Shown here: positions 1-12,089 of the stretch, one piece after another
Numbering within the stretch: position 1 is the first letter of the stretch
Layout of the letters: each line of letters begins with the position of its first letter
DNA from: Octopus vulgaris
Lineage: Eukaryota
Direction: 5' to 3'
DNA: 64,000 nt
NCBI GenBank assembly: GCA_951406725.2
Contig: OX597816.1
Coordinates: 107,012,001-107,076,000 of the forward strand
Position numbers and translations under genes: made by a program
The notes under the pieces: model-generated
Database searches by the model: none
The model's input: the letters and a program-made list of their open reading frames with translations, nothing else
Told to the model about the DNA's origin: nothing

Positions 1-133
1 AACAATGATGAAAGTGAGACACGTTATTTGTTATTGTGGTGGTACTGGGTTTAGTTCCAGATCAGCTCTGTTTGAGGGCAGACATATAAGCAAAGATATT
101 GCCGTATATATATATTTAACCTAACCACTAAGC

Positions 134-450
134 GACGTCGCTTAGTGGTTAGGTTATTCGACTTACAATCGTAAGGTCGTGGGTTCGACTGTCAGCGGTG
201 TGTTGTGTCTTTGAGAATGGCGCTCTATTTTCTGTTGCTCCAGTCCACTGAGCTGTCAAAAATGTGCAGTACCTTTATTTGGAAGGGCCAGCCTTGTTAC
301 CTTGTGTCTTACGCTGATTCTTCCCGAAAACTATATACAGCGTACGCGTGTCTGTGGAGTGCTCAGCCATTTGCATGCTAATTACACGAGCAGGCTGCCC
401 GGTGATCGAACCAACAGGCACCCTCGTCGGCGTAACCGACGGAATGCCAG
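134..450 (+). mobile_element. tRNA-derived SINE (family D-like head)
   Basis: A-box-like GCTTAGTGGTTAGG and B-box GGTTCGACT, followed by GTTGCTCCAGTCCACTGAGCTG, which is shared with the SINE at 55643-55988. Ends at a T run. Confidence 0.7.
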
Positions 451-759
451 TTTTTTTTCCTCACTTTATGTTAATGTTCTAAAACTCTTTATTTACCTTA
501 TGTGAAAATGTAATGTGAACCTTTGCTTTGGCCAAGTTAAAAAAAAAGCTATTCCTGTCTTGGCTTCCTCTTTAATAAGCTGTATCATAAGTCATCTTCT
601 AATTACAATCGGGTTCTTAGGATGGTTTATGCATTTGTTAGTGTTGAAAACCCTTGATATTCACAGGTATGTTATAACAAAGGGAGAAAATACATACATT
701 ACTTCAGTTTCAACAAATGTTTTTGCCTCCTTGACTTTCAGCCAGAATACACTGATATA

Positions 760-942
760 TTCTTTTATTTGTTTCAGTCATTTGACTGTGGCCATGCTGG
801 AGCACAGCCTTTAGTCGAACAAATCGACCACGGGACTTATTCTTTGTAAGCCTAGTACTTATTCTATCGGTCTTTTTTACCGAACCGCCAAGTTACGGGG
901 GCGTAGACACGCCAACATCGATTGTCAAGCGATACTGGGGGA

Positions 943-1014
<72 letters not shown>

Positions 1015-1176
1015 GACGGGCTTCTTTCAGTTTCTGTCTACCAAATCCACTCACAAGGCTTTGGTCGGCCCGAGGCTATAATAGAAGACACTTGGCCAAG
1101 GTGCCACGCAGTGGGACTGAACCTAGTACTATGTGGTTGGTAAGCAAGCTTCTAACCAGTCAGCCACTCCTGCGCC
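760..1176 (-). mobile_element. SINE family A (tRNA head, internal (TA)n(TG)n, 3' tail AAAGAGT-like)
   Basis: Reverse complement begins GGCGCAGGAGTGGCTG..GGTTCAGTCCCACTGCGTGGCACCTTGG and is collinear with more than 10 other copies in the window. Confidence 0.9.
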
Positions 1177-1524
1177 CACTGAAATTATAACTGTCGCATC
1201 ATTTTGGACGTCAACAGACTGTTCTGGAAATATATTTACGTCGACCAAATTTTCTGCAAATCTTCAACACTAGATGGAAGTTATATGTAATTGTATTTCT
1301 CAGCATCGTATGTGGGAATGTAATGATTGAATTCCATTAACAATTTGATGGCTTGTTCAAGAAAATATTCTGAACATCATTAAAATTATGTACTGGAATT
1401 ATTTTTCCTCATTTGATTACTATTAGAAAATATCCAGTTTCTCTGTTCCGCTCTTGTTGCCAACTATTTGAACTTTTCTTTAAATGTATTTGTTCAAATC
1501 ATTCAATTCAGGGTAAAACACACA

Positions 1525-1609
<85 letters not shown>

Positions 1610-1976
1610 CCACGTATCCACATACGCACACACATCAAACTCGAAATTTAACTTAACGAAAGCATCCACTTGGGATCTGAAAATCTTGAAGATAGAGGAC
1701 ATATTTTGCGGATTGAAAGAAAAATTCTACTTCACTTTGTAGAAACATGATTTGCTGCAGAACTTTAACGCAGAAAAATGCTTTGAGAAATATAATAAAT
1801 GTTCATATTCAGATCAAATTCAAGAATAAAATTCGCTGAAGTGTTCCTTAAAGAGGGATTTTTATTATATGAAGTTTACATTTTGATTGCTGCCAATCAT
1901 TATTAGATCTGATCTTTTTAATTATGTATATTTTGAAACAACGTTTCCTTGCTTCAAAAAGTAAGAAAATAAACAA

Positions 1977-2386
1977 GTAATTCTTCAGTTTAGTGATATT
2001 AAAAAAGTAAATAAAAATTGAGGGGAAGATAACTTGTAAAGAAACCTACATATGTCAACATACTGTTAAACAACAAATACTGTAGTAAGGTAACATGGCA
2101 AATTACAATTTTCACACGTGTATAAATTCATAATTAGTCAACGCCGTGCCAACCACTGAAGAACCTTGTCTCGTGATTCGGCTAATTGGCTGATATTCCA
2201 AGATTGATTCATGGTTGAGGATTTCAATTTCAGGAACAATGAATTGCTGTCCCGCTGGTCTTCCACGTGAAATTCTGATCAATTCCAAAGTAAATAATAT
2301 CCAGTATCTATGTTGACTTTGACTTACTAGTTATCACCCCTTAATTTTTATTTACTTTTTTAATATCACTAAACTGAACAATTACC
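1977..2386. mobile_element. MITE with ~60-bp terminal inverted repeats and 8-9 bp target-site duplication (Merlin- or Mutator-like)
   Basis: GTAATTCTTCAGTTTAGTGATATTAAAAAAGTAAATAAAAATTGAGGGG at 1977 is mirrored at about 2335-2385. AATAAACAA occurs at 1968-1976 and 2387-2395. Confidence 0.8.
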
Positions 2387-3389
2387 AATAAACAACCTTA
2401 AACTGAAAAAAAGAAACTATAATATAAATTTCTCTACTTTTTCACAAAATTTTACCAGAACTCCAAGCATACGTTAATACACAAATTTCATTTTAATCCC
2501 TCTTTATTAAAACGAAAAAGAATCTACTTTTCCAAAACTATCATTTCAAGTTGTTTAACTAAAAAGACCGTTTGCAAGATAAAATGCCCTTTTATACGCT
2601 ATCCAAGTTTTTTTTTTCTTTTACATAAACCAAAAGTTGAGCAACTTTATTCACTACAATGGACTGACCTAGTTGAATACTAAATAGTTCATTTGCTTTT
2701 ATTGCGGAAATGAAGTGTTCTCTAAGATTTCTCAAAATATCCCCAACTGATATTATTTATTTTGTAACATCGTCTCCACATATAATAAGGACATGGCTGC
2801 TAGTTTCACAATGTCCTCTTCAATTGTATAGGTTTCTTTGATTTTGCTATCCGCCAAAAACCTAGCATGACGACGATATAGTTTTTTGGCACAAAGAAAA
2901 AAAATCCCCGACAAAACCAAAGAAAAAAAAGTACTATTGTCTGAATCACGCAATCATTCTTGTTTTCATTGTTGTTCAATTGCATTTTTTTTCTTTCAGA
3001 CATAGACTTTTCTTTCTTTCCAAAATCTTTGTAGTCTATCACTAGATGCCTTTTAAGTTTATCGTGTTTCAGCTATTTATTATTTAACATTCCACAATAC
3101 ATTACACAATATTACACTGTAGTTTGGTCATTCTATGCATAGTAACATACATAAACTGCAATTGTAAAAATTTGTCTTTATGTTTTGATGTTTTGATGTT
3201 GAGGATTAACCAGTTAACAACTATAATAGCTTAGATCAAGACATCAGAACGAGACCAGCCTCGATAGTTTTCTTTAGTCACGAATTCTGTTTAAGCATTG
3301 AGATAAGTAATGAAATCGCAATAGGGTTGCCTAATCCTTTAAAAAAAATCGATGTGTGTGTGTGTGTGTGTGTACGTCTACATGTACGT

Positions 3390-3433
<44 letters not shown>

Positions 3434-3488
3434 TTGTATAATACATATGTATTATTTAATACATTTATGCATATACATACACACAAAT

Positions 3489-3540
<52 letters not shown>

Positions 3541-3542
<2 letters not shown>

Positions 3543-3956
3543 TCTTTTATTCTTTTATTCTTTTACTTGTTTCAGTCATTTGACATCGGCCATGCTAGGG
3601 TACTACCGTGAAGAGTTTGAGTTGAATGAATCGACCCCGATACGTTTTATATTATATATTTTTAAACCCTGGTACTTATTCAATCGGTCTCTTTGTCGAA
3701 CCGCTAGATTACGGTACGTAAACTCACCAATACCAGTTCTTAAGTGGCGCTGGAGGACAAACATTAAGACACAGACACAGCGCTATACATACATACATAT
3801 ATACATACATACATACATACATACATACATACATACATACATACATACATACATACATACATACATAAATGTATGCATGCATGCATGCGTACATACATAC
3901 ATACATAAATGTATGCATGCGTACATACATGCATACACACATACATACACACACAC

Positions 3957-4021
<65 letters not shown>

Positions 4022-4178
4022 ATACGAGCTTCTTTCAGTTACCGTTTACCAAATCCATTCAGAAGGCTTTGATCGATCCGAGGATATAGTAAAAGACACT
4101 TCCCAAGGTGCCACGCTATGGGACTGAACCTGGAACTATGTGGCTAGAAAAGAAGCTTCTTACCACACAGCCACGCCT
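3541..4178 (-). mobile_element. SINE family A with expanded internal (CATA)n/(TA)n
   Basis: Collinear with the other family A copies. Confidence 0.85.
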
Positions 4179-4208
4179 CTGTGTGTGTGTGCATGTGTGT
4201 AATACATA

Positions 4209-5100
4209 CCAGGTGGTATCAGAAAGTTCCCGGACTAGTTAAGCTTAATAAAAAAAAAATTATTTACCTAAATATTAACATCGACTCCTTCGAATTAGTC
4301 ACCTTGCGCAGCAATATATTGATCCCAGCGTTCCTGCCACTTTTAAAATCCGGCCTGTAAGTTATTTTCCGTAAGCGAGTCGAGGACCTTCTCCGATTCG
4401 CTCTTGATCACGGCAACCGTGTTAAAACGGTGATCTTTGAGCTGCATTTTCCTCTTGGGGAAAATATGGAAGTCCGCAGGTGCTAAATCTGGCGAATAAG
4501 GTTGGTGAGTACGAGTGAGAAGAGCACGGTGACAGGGTGCATTGTCGTCGTGAAGAATCCAATTCTTTACGCTCGACAGACCCTTCGCTTTCGCCGAATG
4601 TCTTCTCTCAAACGCTTCAAAACTCGATTGACGGTCTGGCCCCGGGGGACAAATTCTCGATGCACAATACGATGTCGAAAAAATTATGCACATGCTCTTG
4701 ACTGAAAATCGGCTCTGTCGTGCCATCTTCGGTCGTGGAAATGATAGGCTCTTCCATTTTGTGACGACTGCTGCTTCGTCTCAGGGTCTTACGCGTAGCC
4801 CCAAATCTCATCACCGGTGATGATCCTCGACATGAAGGACGGGTCACCAGTGACATGCTGACGGAGATTTTGACAGACTCCGATGCGATGCTCTTTCTGT
4901 TCATTGGTCAGTAAGCAGAGACACGCCGTATGTTAAATTCAGACGTTAGGATTTCCTGCACGCGCCCATACAACATACCAACAATATCAGCAATATCATT
5001 GATTGTCTTCTGACTATTCTCATGCACAAGCTAATGAATTTTTCTCCACATTTCCGGGGGTGACGCTCCTGGCAGGTGTTATAGATTGCTCATCAAATTC
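4209..5100 (-). mobile_element. Decayed mariner transposon (3' end with TIR)
   Basis: Motifs WILHDDNAPCH and PYSPDLAPADF. Terminus TA|CCAGGTGGTATCAGAAAGTTCCCGGACT. Homologous to 14318-14860. Confidence 0.85.
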
Positions 5101-5414
5101 CAGGTGCTCATCGTCTATCCAGGTGAACCTGGAACTATGTGTTTGGGAAGCAAACTTCTTACCACACAGCCACGCCGGCACCAGGCTGTATACTGTTTCC
5201 AAAAAATTGCCCGCAACCAATGAAGCCCACGTGGAAATGTTCTGATGTTTCTAATAAAAGCTATATTTGTTTGCCTATGTTTTCCAACAAACTCTGTTGA
5301 GTTATCCTTATTTTTCATTTTTTTCTGAATTTTTCAAATTGTAATGATAATCTATGTGTAGCCTGTATATTCACACAAATTTATCTGTGTAGCCTGTATG
5401 TGTACACAAATTAA

Positions 5415-5828
5415 GGCGGCGAGCTGGCAGAAACGTTACCACACCGGGCGAAATGCTTAGCGGTATTTCGTCTGCCGTTACGTTGTGAATTCAAATTCCG
5501 CCGAGGTCGACTTTGCCTTTCATCCTTTCGGGGTCGATAAATTAAGTACCAGTTAAGCACTGGGGTCGATATAATCGACTTAATACCTATGTCTGTCCAT
5601 GTTTGTCCCCTCTATGTTCAGCCCCTTGTGGGTAATAAAGAAATAGGTATTTCGTCTGCCGTTACGTTCTGAGTTCAAATCCGCCGAGGTCACTTTGCCT
5701 TTCATCATTTCGGGGTCAATAAATTAAGTACCAGTTACACACTGGGGTCAATGTAATCGACTTAATCCCTTTGTATGTCCTTGTTTGTCCCCTCTATGTT
5801 TAGCCCCTTGTGGGCAATAAAGAAATAA
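5415..5828 (+). mobile_element. SINE family B, dimeric form (tail 1 + tail 1)
   Basis: Head GGCGGCGAGCTGGCAGAAACGTT, core GTCGACTTTGCCTTTCATCCTTTCGGGGTCGATAAATTAAGTACCAG. The body restarts at 5646. Confidence 0.9.
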
Positions 5829-6011
5829 CAAATTTAGCTATTGTTTTTCTAGCGGTTGCCGGCTCTGATCATATTTGTAGAATATGGTAATTCTGTCTTA
5901 AATTGTTTCTCTGTACGATATTGTTTATTTACTTAGTAATTCTCTAGTTACTACCTCTGCAAGGACAGCGAAAACTATGTTTCACCTAGGAGGTCATTTT
6001 TGGCTGAAATA

Positions 6012-7290
6012 CGATGGGGGTGTTCCTTAAAGATTTCTCCTAACCCACTTCCGGTTATTGCAGGAAACGCAACTTGTACAGGTATAATTATACATGTCTC
6101 TACATGTCACATTGTAAATTGCAGTTTTCCACTAGTATTCATTTTGTCTTTTACAGCTGCTGAAGTAGACTAAAGTATTATAATGGAGGCAGTTGAATGC
6201 AGATCAGTGATCAGGTTCTTATACATGAAAGGTCATACACCAAAAAAGACTTTCGATGAGATAAAAGAAGTTTATGGTTACGATGCACCATCATACAACG
6301 TAGTCAAGCACTAGCATCGCCAGTTAAAATGTGGTCGGATATCGGTGAAAACTGCTCCTATTTCTGGACGACTATATTCCGCCAGTGATGACGACACCAT
6401 CCATAAATTGGGATCCGCTATTTCGAAGGATCATCGCATAACTATTCAGCAACTAGCCCAAGAAATGAAGATAAATGTAGGGTCCGTGGGAAAAAAATCA
6501 TTCACGGCCATTTGCACATGCAGAAGTTGTCTGCACGATGGATTCCCCGGATGCTCACAGAAGCAGGAACAAATCAATTGCCCCCAGGCTCTTTTGGCAA
6601 TGTGCCAAGAAAACGAGGAGGAATTTTCGGCAGACTTATCACACAGGATGAAACATGGGTCTATCACTATGATCTTGAGACTAAAGTCCAGTTGAAGTAA
6701 TGGGGGTATGATAACTCCCTATCTCCAAAGAAGGCTTGTGTCTAACCCTTAGCAGGCAAGGTGATGCTCACTGTCTTTTGGGACCAGCGCAGAGTTGTGA
6801 TGTTGAATTTTCTAGCAAAGTGCACCACAATTAACGGAGCATATTATGCTTCTCTGTTGCAGAAATTGCGGGACGCCATCTATGCAGAGAGGTGTGACAT
6901 GCTGACCAAAGGGGTCCGCCTCCTCCAAGATAACGTCCCAATTCACAATGCGCATGTTGTCCAGATGAAAGCACACTCCTGCGACTATAAAATCCTTCCT
7001 TATCCACCTTACTCTCCCAACCTCACACCATCTGACTTCCAACCACGAAGTCTTTTTTGAAAGGGAAGCACTTTTCGGATGGTGATGAACTTATTTCCGA
7101 GGTAAAGTCTTGGCTCCAGACGCAACCTACCGACTTCTACAGATAAGGTCTTCACAGCTACATAAAGCGATGGAGAAGCGTGTCACAATTGGTGGTGGCT
7201 ATGTAGAGAAGGACTAATAATTATGCCAAGTTCCGTTTATCCCAGTCCTTGGGAAGTGGGTTAGAGGAAATCTTTAATGAACACCCCTCG
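6012..7290 (+). mobile_element. Full-length but defective mariner transposon (~1.28 kb, TA target duplication); transposase pseudogene about 6183-7218
   Basis: TIR CGATGGGGGTGTTCCTTAAAGATTTC matches GAAATCTTTAATGAACACCCCTCG, flanked by TA on both sides. Motifs MEAVECRSVIRFL, WIPRML, ITQDETW, LLQDNVP, PYSPNLTPSDF, GGYVEKD*. Contains stops and frameshifts. Confidence 0.95.
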
Positions 7291-7326
7291 TATGTCTAAA
7301 GTTGTCTCCTGTATATACAGAAATTA

Positions 7327-9485
7327 CACTGCATGACTAAATGAAAATAGTTACTTTAACAAGAGATGATTAGGGTGATTCTAACCAATTTTAGGGTGCT
7401 CTGTCTGAATATGAAGTCAGGTTTACTCCATCACATGTAGATTTTGGTATACAAGATACCACCTATAGACCAAAATTAAAGAAATGTAATGTAGCATGCA
7501 GTACGTCAATTGTTCCTTTTGTCATTTAAGAATGCCTTTGATTGTTCTTTTTGTGACAACAATTAATGAGAGAGCTGTAAAAGTAGATATGACACTTATT
7601 AGATCATGTCTATTTTTAGAACACTTTGATTTAAATGCGTGATTCGGATGTCATTGTGACTTGTATCAAATTAGTAATTGCTCAGTTTACTGTAGACTGC
7701 TGTTTTTTTTTAAATATATATATATTTCTCCACTTAAATTTGCTTCAATTTACGTGGCTTAAAGACGTGTATGTCGCAATGACCCAGATCACTTTTGCTA
7801 TATCTGTGGGAGATTACCCATTCAATGATTGTAGGAGAAATATCACGCCACTCATACAAACAAGATACAAGGATTAATTCAAAATGAGACTTGGAGACTA
7901 AAATAAATGTTTTGCTCCTCACATTGTATAGAGAGGTTGCTGAGATCGGTCTTCCATGATGTGGCCCAGTGGTAAGCTGTAGCAAATGCTATTTGCCACT
8001 CTAATGATATGGCAAAAACAAAGCAACCATTCTACTGATTATTTTTACATTACTAATGTAGAGGGGTCCAATAAGAAAACTGCAAAGTATATCAAGTGTT
8101 CTAGTTTTCCATCTGTCGTAAGACCACAGTCATATGAAGATGAAATTTCTCATATGCCAAGCAATCAGTCATTGAGTGAGCCAGATGCTGATTCCAATGC
8201 CTCCTTCCCCCCCACCTCCCACCACCAATACCACCTAAAACCAACCTAAAAGTGTACAGGCACTAAGGGAAGAAATTCGTTGAATCCTTCGGCACACGAT
8301 GAACTGGGCTTGGTTTATTGCAAGAACATTACTGGTTTGATGGTGACACTGGGAATTTCCTCTGATGTCAATACAGATTTGTGGTTATTCTTTGATAGAA
8401 GTGGTTCCAGTTTAAAGACAGTCCTTTTGCAGTTTGGGAACAAGTACCCAGGGATTCCAGTGGGTGATTCAATGAAGGCAAACGAGTCATAAGACACTAT
8501 CGATACGTTACTTTATTTGATCAGGTATGAAGGGTTTGAAGTGGAAAGCTGGAGGTGACTTGAAGATCATAGGTTTTCCTGTGTCAGTGGGACAGCTGGG
8601 CTCGCAATGAGCAGGATTGGCCAGCACATCATGAATGGAGACTAGGGACGAAAAGCGTTCAATACGTACCTCTAGTTTCACCTGAGCTAATTGTGTTTCC
8701 ACTACTACATATTAAACTTGAAATGTTCAAAAATTTTGTGATGTCAATGTACCTTGAGAAGCAACCAATCAAGTTGTTGAAAGATATTTTTCCTCGATTT
8801 AGCAAAGCAAAGATTAAAAAAGACATGTTCATTGGACCAGGTGCTCGCAAGTTTATGAAGAATCAGATGTTCAGAGATGCTTTGAATGAAGTTGAACATT
8901 GAGCTTATGATACTGTGTTAAAGACAGTTGTAAGTTTTCTAGGAAAGAACCGGAGCCTGAATTACAAGACAATCATAGCTAACTTTTTGGATTTGTTCAA
9001 TGCATTGGATGTCAAAATGCTCTTGAAGATTCACTTTTTAAAGACTATCTCGGATTTCTTACCCTTGGAGTAAGATCAGTGATGAGCATGGTGAAAGACT
9101 TCATCAAGTGGTCACTACTCTTGAAACAAAGTACCAAGGGTGAACCGAGCCCCGCATGATAACAGACTTTTGCTGGTTTCACTCTTCTTGAACTCCGTGC
9201 TACAGATCTTGATAGTGAGACAATGTAACTTTTTTGTGGTAAGTGTTTTCTAAGTGTATATTGTTATTTTAACAATGATTACTTAGTTTAGTACATCAAT
9301 AAATCACACGCAGTGTTCACAAGATTGGATACTTTTCGCGTAAATGTAGTATTTATGGGAAATCTTTCAGTTCAAAATGATGGCTTGATGGAGCAAAACG
9401 GATTTCATATTCATAAAGAGTACCCTAAAATGAACTAATATCACATAAAGTAGCGTTTACAAAAAAAAATTGGTGTTATGCAGTG
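7327..9485 (+). mobile_element. Chapaev3-like (CMC superfamily) DNA transposon with decayed transposase about 7770-9180
   Basis: Termini CACTGCATGAC...GTTATGCAGTG with subterminal inverted similarity. Motifs CRNDPDHFCYICG, LGD*NKCFAPH, NHSTDYF, WLFFDRSGSSLKTVLL, PLLHIKL..KNFV, FIGPGARK, MLLKIHF, SDEHGERLHQ, DFCW. Confidence 0.8.
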
Positions 9486-10332
9486 TATTTTTCTCCTTAC
9501 GTAAGTATTTCTAATTAAATATTTAATGCTAACTTAACTATAGTTCTCATGCAGATGGAGTCACTGAGAAATTAACCTCTCCGATTTAAATTATTACCAA
9601 ATGAATACAGAACATTTTCATCGTCGTTGTGTCGTTGATATCTCCGAACAAACCTTAGAAATTATTGTTTCAATTCTTCGATAAAATATCTTATTTACGA
9701 TAGAAAAGTAAAATTAACTGAATTCCGAGGTTGTTGAAAGAGATCCAGTCTCATAAAAGCTTGACCTTATATTTGACTTATTTGGCCTTTGTCAGTGATG
9801 TCATCAAACCTGTTGAAAACATTGAGTTATTACTAATAAAAATATACTTCTGACCGCATAAACGACATCGACGAAATAATGATACCTCTTGCACTTTTAG
9901 TTTTTTTCTCCTTTCCTTCATTCTGATAAATTGTAGGTTACAGTAATATATTTATTACCAATATTGATGTGGTAAGATTTATTTTTCACAAGGTTCGTTA
10001 AACTTAGAGATAAAGATAAATGAAAAAAAAATAAATATTGGTTGGCAATATGCCATAATTCTGAAACTTTGAAGATGACCGGTCTTTTCTGCGGTAGAGC
10101 TACAAGAGTTATCGACCTTCCACCAGCGCGATAGACATTAGTGACTTCGTCAGAAATATCCATTCGACTCGCTTCCAAAATGTCTTTAAAGCAACTTAAC
10201 AGATTCATCACCTCCTTTCTGCTTCATCAGTTCTCGTCACTGGTCTTTATCTGCTCTATTAAAAATAAAATGTATACCATTAATGTTTGAAAAACTCTAC
10301 GGAAAATATGAGTTGTAGGATGTCTTGTAGAT

Positions 10333-11106
10333 CAAAATGATGGCGTGATGGAGCAAAACGGATTTCATATTTATAAAGAACACCCTAAAATTAACTAATC
10401 TATATATATAAAACTGTAGTTGTGTGAGTGTCTGTCCCCTTCGATTTAGATTCCTAACTCCTCCCACATTTTGCGGTGCAGTTTAACCAAAACCGGGTAT
10501 CTTATAGTCGTGATTAATTTCGAGCCCGTCTGGCTATTAGCGCGCGTCTACGATGAGTCTACGATTTTAAAAATAATTTAACATCATTTTTTATTCCATT
10601 TTAATGCATAATTTTTCGTGTGTCGATGGCGGCGGAGTTGGCGTCCACGCTCAAACACCTGCACCTGTGTTTGCTTCTCCCCCTTCTTCCCTCCTTCGTG
10701 AAGCTGTGGGGAAGGGAGTGTAAAGAAATCAACGTCGTAAAGCGTTGTCAAGGAGACCAGCGTTCTTTTAGAACAACGACTTCATGGCTTGAAGACACCA
10801 AAACAGAAATGGCTAAGAAAGCCCGAATTGGCATCTATAAGGGAAGTAACTCTCTAAAAATGCTTATATAGTTATTTCCCTTACAAACCCGGGCAACGCC
10901 GGGCGATACTGCTAGTATCACCTAAAGTAGTGTTTACTATAATGTTAAGTGTCATGCAGTTTTATTAGACTAGTATCAATCATAAAGCTAATGTTTGGCA
11001 TTCAACGAAGAAATGCCCTAATGTTGTCTTTTTCTCCCTATGTATTTCTTATTAAATATTTAACACTAATTTAACTATAGTTTTTCATGCAGATGGAGTC
11101 ACTGAG
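10333..11106 (+). repeat. Diverged local duplicate of the Chapaev3 right end and its flank (copy of about 9373-9567), split by a Helitron
   Basis: CAAAATGATGGC(T/G)TGATGGAGCAAAACGGATTTCATATT and CATGCAGATGGAGTCACTGAG each occur twice in the same order. Confidence 0.8.
10399..10915 (+). mobile_element. Non-autonomous Helitron (517 bp)
   Basis: 5' TC(TATATATATAAA), subterminal hairpin CCCGGGCAACGCCGGG, 3' CTAG, inserted between A and T with no TSD. The empty site is visible at 9438/9439. Confidence 0.9.
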
Positions 11107-11229
11107 TCTCCATCACGCTCTCTTGCTTTCATCTTATTGACATATGTCTTGAAGGGAAGTCTAAAAATAATGTAAACACTACAGAGACGCCAGGATATTT
11201 GTGTGACTGACAACGAAATAATAATAATA

Positions 11230-11911
11230 ATTCTTTTTGCTATAGGCACACGGCCTGAAATTTTGGGGCATTACATCAATTCCTAGTGTTCAAATATTAC
11301 ATATTTTATTGACCCCAAAAGGATGAAAAGCAAAGTCAGCTCCGGTGGTACTTGGAACCAGATAGTAAAACTAGAAGAAATGCCTCCAAGCATTTTGTCC
11401 GGCGTTCTAATGGTTCCGCCATCTCACTGCCTTTGAACACAAAAGTAATAATGATACTGGTTTCTAATTTAGGTATAAAGTCGACAATTTTGAGGGTTGG
11501 AGGTTAGTCGATGCCATCAACTCCTGTACTTGGCTGGTACTTCATGTTAACGACCCCGGAAGGATGAATAAACAAAGTTGACTGCGGAGGGATTCCAAGT
11601 CAGGTTGTAAAGAGTCAGAACAAATACCACAAAGCATTTTTGCCGATACTATCACCATTCTACAAGCTCGCCTTGCTTTCTTTTTTCTATAGTGTGTCTA
11701 ATTTAGGTACAAGGCCAACAGTTCTGAGGGAAGGGGAACAGTCGACTACATCTACCCTTGTTCTCCACTGATTGTATATCTTATCGACCTCGAACGGATG
11801 TAAAGCAAAGTTGACATCAACCGCATTTGAACTCAGAACGTAAAAAGCCTGAAAAAAAAATGCCGCTAAGCATTTTGTCCGGTGCAATAATAATTCTGCC
11901 AACTTGCTGCC

Positions 11912-11960
<49 letters not shown>

Positions 11961-12060
11961 CACTACTACTACTACTACTACTTACACGCACAACAACAAC
12001 AACGATAATCCTTTCTGCTATAAGCATAATGTCTGAAATTTGGAGGGAGGAGTTAGTCGA
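11230..12060 (-). mobile_element. Cluster of 3-4 old SINE family B (tail 2) copies in the same orientation
   Basis: Repeated degenerate AGGCACAAGGCCTGAAATTTT..GACCCC(G)AAAGGATGAAAGGCAAAGT starting near 11240, 11470, 11700 and 12020. Confidence 0.75.
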
Positions 12061-12089
12061 TTTCCTCTTTATAAAAGAAAAACCTATGA

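Larger units (their letters stand above)
540..3190 (-). pseudogene. Fossil hAT (Charlie/Buster, ZBED5/ZBED8-like) transposase, interrupted by a SINE, a (CA)n tract and a MITE
   Basis: Manual minus-strand translation gives, in order: KLKRHL (BED-finger region, ~3050), RIAKSKKP, FSIQLGQS..NKVAQLLVYVK (~2650), EKVDSFF..GLK*NLCINVC, SEYEHLLYFSK..KVLQ, FSDPKWML, ELNDLN, and the dimerisation-domain motif FWLKVKE..PFVITYL*..GFSTL..LRTRL*LEDDL (~740-590). Many stops and frameshifts. Confidence 0.8.

Noticed and set aside
9918-10211. 97-aa minus-strand ORF between the duplicated transposon ends
   Set aside because: No motif recognised and the length is compatible with chance.
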